A DNA stretch of 61,341 nucleotides, the filler included. It is 12 parts of 12 records of this genome, joined end to end, with 100 filler letters (N's around TTAATTAATTAA, not from the genome) between each part and the next. Parts side by side here need not be neighbours in the genome. Positions count along the whole stretch, not along the records: positions 56,519 to 61,341 come from SRR7504441_1525; 11 more parts are not named here. One strand, given 5' to 3'. Position 1 is the stretch's first letter; each line of letters starts with the position of its first letter. Both the position numbers and the translations under genes were made by a program. A model generated the notes under the pieces. The model saw nothing but the letters and a program-made list of their open reading frames with translations. It did not search any database and was not told the DNA's origin. Of the stretch, positions 57,725-61,341 are shown in pieces.

Positions 57725-57957
57725 AGAGGGTGCGAACTCAGAGGCAGGTGACTTTTGGCGACCCATGTAAACCAAGGGAGGGAGTATAATTATTGCCCCA
57801 TGTAAGTACTCGTACTCAGCGCTGAAATTAAAGCCCTTATTAGCTCTCCTCTCGGCCAGATGTTGAGTCTGGTGTTCCGCCGGGTGTTGTTACTCTCTTC
57901 GGCGTGCATTGAAGGCGGGAGATTACCTTCAGAATTTTGTTTTACAAATTGCTTATC

Positions 57958-58900
57958 TCAATCACATCCTAAGCTTATGAACCTATTCAGTGAGAGCGTT
58001 ACGTCGGCCTCCGCCGCGGCCTCAGCTAGCGCTCTGAGTGATTCGCCGTGAATCGGATTCTGGTCAAGCACGATCTGCTTCAAGCTGCAGCCGTCCTCGA
58101 GGGCCTCGGCCAGCAGGAGCGCATCCTGGCTGTCAACCCTGTTGTTGGTTAGATCCAGCACCTCGATCGAGTGGTTTGACTGTAGCGCATCAGCCAGCTC
58201 CTCGATGGCCTGCCCGTGCCGCTTAGGCTGGCTGATAGGGCAGCACTCGCTCACCGGGCCGTGCACCGAGTTCCAGCCCAATTGCAGTTTCACTAGCCGC
58301 TTGGCGCCATCGCCCAGTGCCTGGGCCAGCGCAATGGCGCCCTGGCCACTGATTTCATTCCAAGTCAAATCAAGCTCAGTCAGCTCGCTGTGCTCGAGCA
58401 GTTTCGCCACCTGCACCGTGTCCCGCGGACCCAGCGAATTATTTACCGCCTTGGCTCCAGCCTGGCGCACCCCGCAGCCCGAGACGTCGAGCACTTGCAG
58501 CTGCATCTGCACCTGCTGCTGGGTCAGGCGGCCCGCGGCGCGCTCTGACCTCGAGCGCTGCACACACCTCGCTCACAACTAGCTCGCCCACCCGGGTCCG
58601 CCCCAGCTTGAGAACGCTCAGCTTGCTGTGGGTCACAAAGTGCTTGACCGCCTGGCCGTGTCCTGTTGTGACATCCCGAGCCGGGGCTTCTCACCGCGGC
58701 TGCCGGGCCTGCAGGAACCCCTCCGCCCCCCGCAGCGCCGAGCTCACCCCGCGCCCCCCGCCGCCCCACCGGCCCGGCCTTTCCATCAGCGAGAGCGAGA
58801 GCTCCGAGCCGCTGGTGCGCCTGCCAGGGTTCAGGACGGCCGGCAGCAGCCAGCCACCAGGCCGGCGGCTCGGGCCTGGCCTGTCGGCGCCCCGGCTTGG
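57958..58900 (-). CDS. RI-type leucine-rich repeat protein; 5' end uncertain
   Basis: LTELDLTWNEISGQGAIALAQAL, LVKLQLGWN, IEVLDLTNNRV and LKQIVLDQNPI. Confidence 0.8.
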
Positions 58901-59167
58901 GGCGGTCAGCAGGCCTCTCCAGGCTGGTACGAGCCCCCCTGCCGCACAGAGATTCCGCGTCGGGTCGTTCCGCTTTCCGACGGGAAATCAATAATACTAC
59001 GATTGTATTATAGTATTCATAGTACCAGGTAGTAGGGTATGCAGGCTGCTTGGTGCAGGGCTCTAAACTTGATTCATTCATGATCTGCATTGTACGATTA
59101 GTTACTAATCATTCATGAGCTTCAAGTATTGCTCGTAATGCATGTACCCGTGTCTAAGTTGCGTCGG

Positions 59168-61293
59168 TCAAATATTCACGTCCACCACCGTCGCTGGCTC
59201 AGCAGGCTCCAAGTCCACCTCAGGCTCGGGCTCGGGTGCGGCCTCTGCCGGGGGCTCGGGCTTGGGGGCATCCAGCTCCAGTTTGACGGCTTGGATTGAA
59301 TCCGGCTTGGGCTTGACTCTCCAAGTCATGTTGATGTGCTTGCCCTTGGGCGTGATGTTGGCCTTGGCCTTGGGCGTGCTAGGTTCCGAGCTCCTTCCGT
59401 CTGCCCCCCGCGGGCTGGCTGGAAAGAACTCGGAATACGAGCGCTGCGCCAGCGGAGAGCACGCCTCTTCGATTCCGCGGAGGTTGCGCCGTGAGTGTGC
59501 CTGTGGCCAGTGAGCAGCTCCTAGAGCGATCCGTACCCGGAAGATCGAGCGGGGCGACGAGGGCAGGATGCTGTCGTAGAGCATGTTAACATCCATGAGC
59601 ACCTGGGCCGCCGGTCCGGTTGGCCAGGCCACCCGATCACCGCCTCCGTCTGTTTCTCCAGGCGCTGGATGAACGCGTTGATTGGTACGCCAGTCAGTGT
59701 GTGGTCGTAGTTGAATGGGTTCCGCAGCGTGCAGCTGCTCACCAGCAATCATACTAAAATAGCACTATAGACCGGGACCTGTTGGAGTAAAGCCCAGCGT
59801 AACAGTAGGCGAATATTGCTGTGATCGGCGGGGTGCCCCACCTGGCCAGCTCTCACAGCCTCACCAGGCAGCAGCCGCCTGAACGGGCCGGAGAGCGCCA
59901 GAGGGAGCGACAGAATGAACGCCAGCATCGAGATACAGGTCATCTGGATAGTGCTGAACGGAAGAGGAGTCCGGTCGACCGTCAGAAAGGTCGAAAAGTG
60001 GCTCGTGTACCTGCCAGGCCTCAGCACTGCTGCTGCCCCTGGAGCCAGGCGAGCATCTGGTTGGACCAAAGATACTGCTGTACTGTACTAATACTATACT
60101 GTACTAAAGCAACAGCAGCACCTCTGGAGCGAGGCAAGCATCTGGGCCTGGACCGGGGCGCCCGGGAGCATCCCACGCTGGCCGAGCGCGTGGATCCGCT
60201 GGGCCATCCACGAGTGCACGATGGTCGGCCGGATGGACAGCATGAACCGCCCTTCCTTCTTGGCGAGCCCGGCCGGGTTACCACAGTGCTCGTACCTGCC
60301 TCCTGTCAGCGGACACCCCTCCGAGCCCTCACCGCCACTCGCGCTCGGTGCATCTATCCATCGCAGTGAAGAACTTCTCCCGTTCCTCGGCTGTGCAGCA
60401 CTGCCCGTCAGGCTCCAGCCAAGTGAACCGGCGCTGCCCCAGGCTCGGCCCGCCCTGGCTCGCAGGCTGCCTTCCTAGCCTGCACGTCTGCTCGGACTTC
60501 GTAACAGCACAGCCTGAAGAAGAGTACAACCTGCCCCCGCGTGCGTGCCGGCCAGCCCAGCGCGCGCACCAGCCTGCGGAACTCCAGGGACTCGCGCAGC
60601 ACCTCGTTGCACCCCGGGCGGGCCTGGGCTAGAATGGCCGCGCTGGTCGGGCTCAGCTGCTCGGGACTCAGCTGCTCCTCATCCGGCGATGGCGCAATCT
60701 GAGAGAGCACCTGCCGCGGCCGCTCAGAATGGCTCGTCGTTGCGAGCTTAGTAATAGCAGCAGTGGCATTGTTGGTGCTACCTCTGCGCAGAGTGATACG
60801 CCGTCTTGGACCATTTCGTTCATCCCTGTGACCGCCTTGTCGTAGTTTGACTGGGCAAAGTTAGACATGATGACCTGCCCCCCGCGCTGAGCGCCATATT
60901 GGTCCAATATCTACGTACCAGCAGGAATCCCAGCACCACCCCGAACAGCTGGTGGGCCAACGGGTCGATGGACACCTCCCACCTGCCGGGACTCGCCCCC
61001 CGCAGCGACCGATCGTACCAGGTGATCGGTATGGCCACGCCCACCGACAGAATCATAACCGGGAGGACCTGGGGCAGCACGGTCCCTTCCCAGGCGAACG
61101 GGAGCACAAAGTACGGATTGGGCGAGTAAAACCCCACCTGCCCGCCCTCGGGCTGGCCGGGCGACGGGGCGACCTTGCCGAACCCAATGTACACGGTGCC
61201 CTGCTCCTTCTCCTGCCGCTGCCGGATCGCCTCGTCGGGGTCAAGTTCGGTCATGCTCGGGCTCTCCGGGGAGACCGCCGGCCCCCGGCCCAT
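59168..61293 (-). CDS. Bestrophin-family (UPF0187/VCCN-type) anion channel; many introns; start approximate
   Basis: GTVLPQVLP, AHQLFGVVLGFLLV, RTPLPFS, FILSLPLAL and LRNPF. Confidence 0.78.
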
Positions 61294-61341
61294 CGCCCCG
61301 GCAGGCCGGCCGGGGCTCAGCACGTCCGCCGTCTCGCCGCT

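Noticed and set aside
343-61293. Alternative genetic code or frameshifting to explain broken ORFs
   Set aside because: The breaks I traced are resolved by short GT-AG or GC-AG introns, and TAA, TAG and TGA all serve as terminal stops.
1-61341. rRNA, tRNA, transposase, reverse transcriptase or viral genes
   Set aside because: None recognised by eye; a tRNAscan or Infernal run would be needed to exclude small RNAs.

Overview
This is not one locus. It is 12 unrelated eukaryotic contigs joined by 11 artificial 100-nt spacers (N44-TTAATTAATTAA-N44), so gene neighbourhood means something only within a contig. The DNA is GC-rich and gene-dense, uses the standard code and looks like a protist genome; the lineage cannot be determined from the sequence alone. 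Most introns are about 37-47 nt, GC-AG introns are common, and several gene pairs sit head-to-head 65-175 bp apart. Recognisable genes: V-ATPase subunit A, CRY-DASH, GH27, GH76, DUF2961/GH172-like, a bacterial-type six-hairpin glycosidase, MACPF, MORC, an LRR multipass membrane protein, a patatin-like lipase, an SMIM30-like microprotein, SEL1L3-like, an SK-like channel, an SNM1 fusion, an acyl-CoA synthetase, SWEET, bestrophin and several coiled-coil proteins. Manual splicing recovered three genes the ORF track misses: a TM-less Qb-SNARE ending in CaaX, a cullin-N-terminus-like miniprotein and a small coiled-coil gene. The strongest unexplained non-coding signal is a Myb-type YAACGG/CCGTTR motif. 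It lies close to many start codons, and it occurs as pairs 10-12 nt apart inside eight of the first nine V-ATPase A introns. All family calls come from motif recognition by eye, no database search was run, and intron boundaries are manual predictions.
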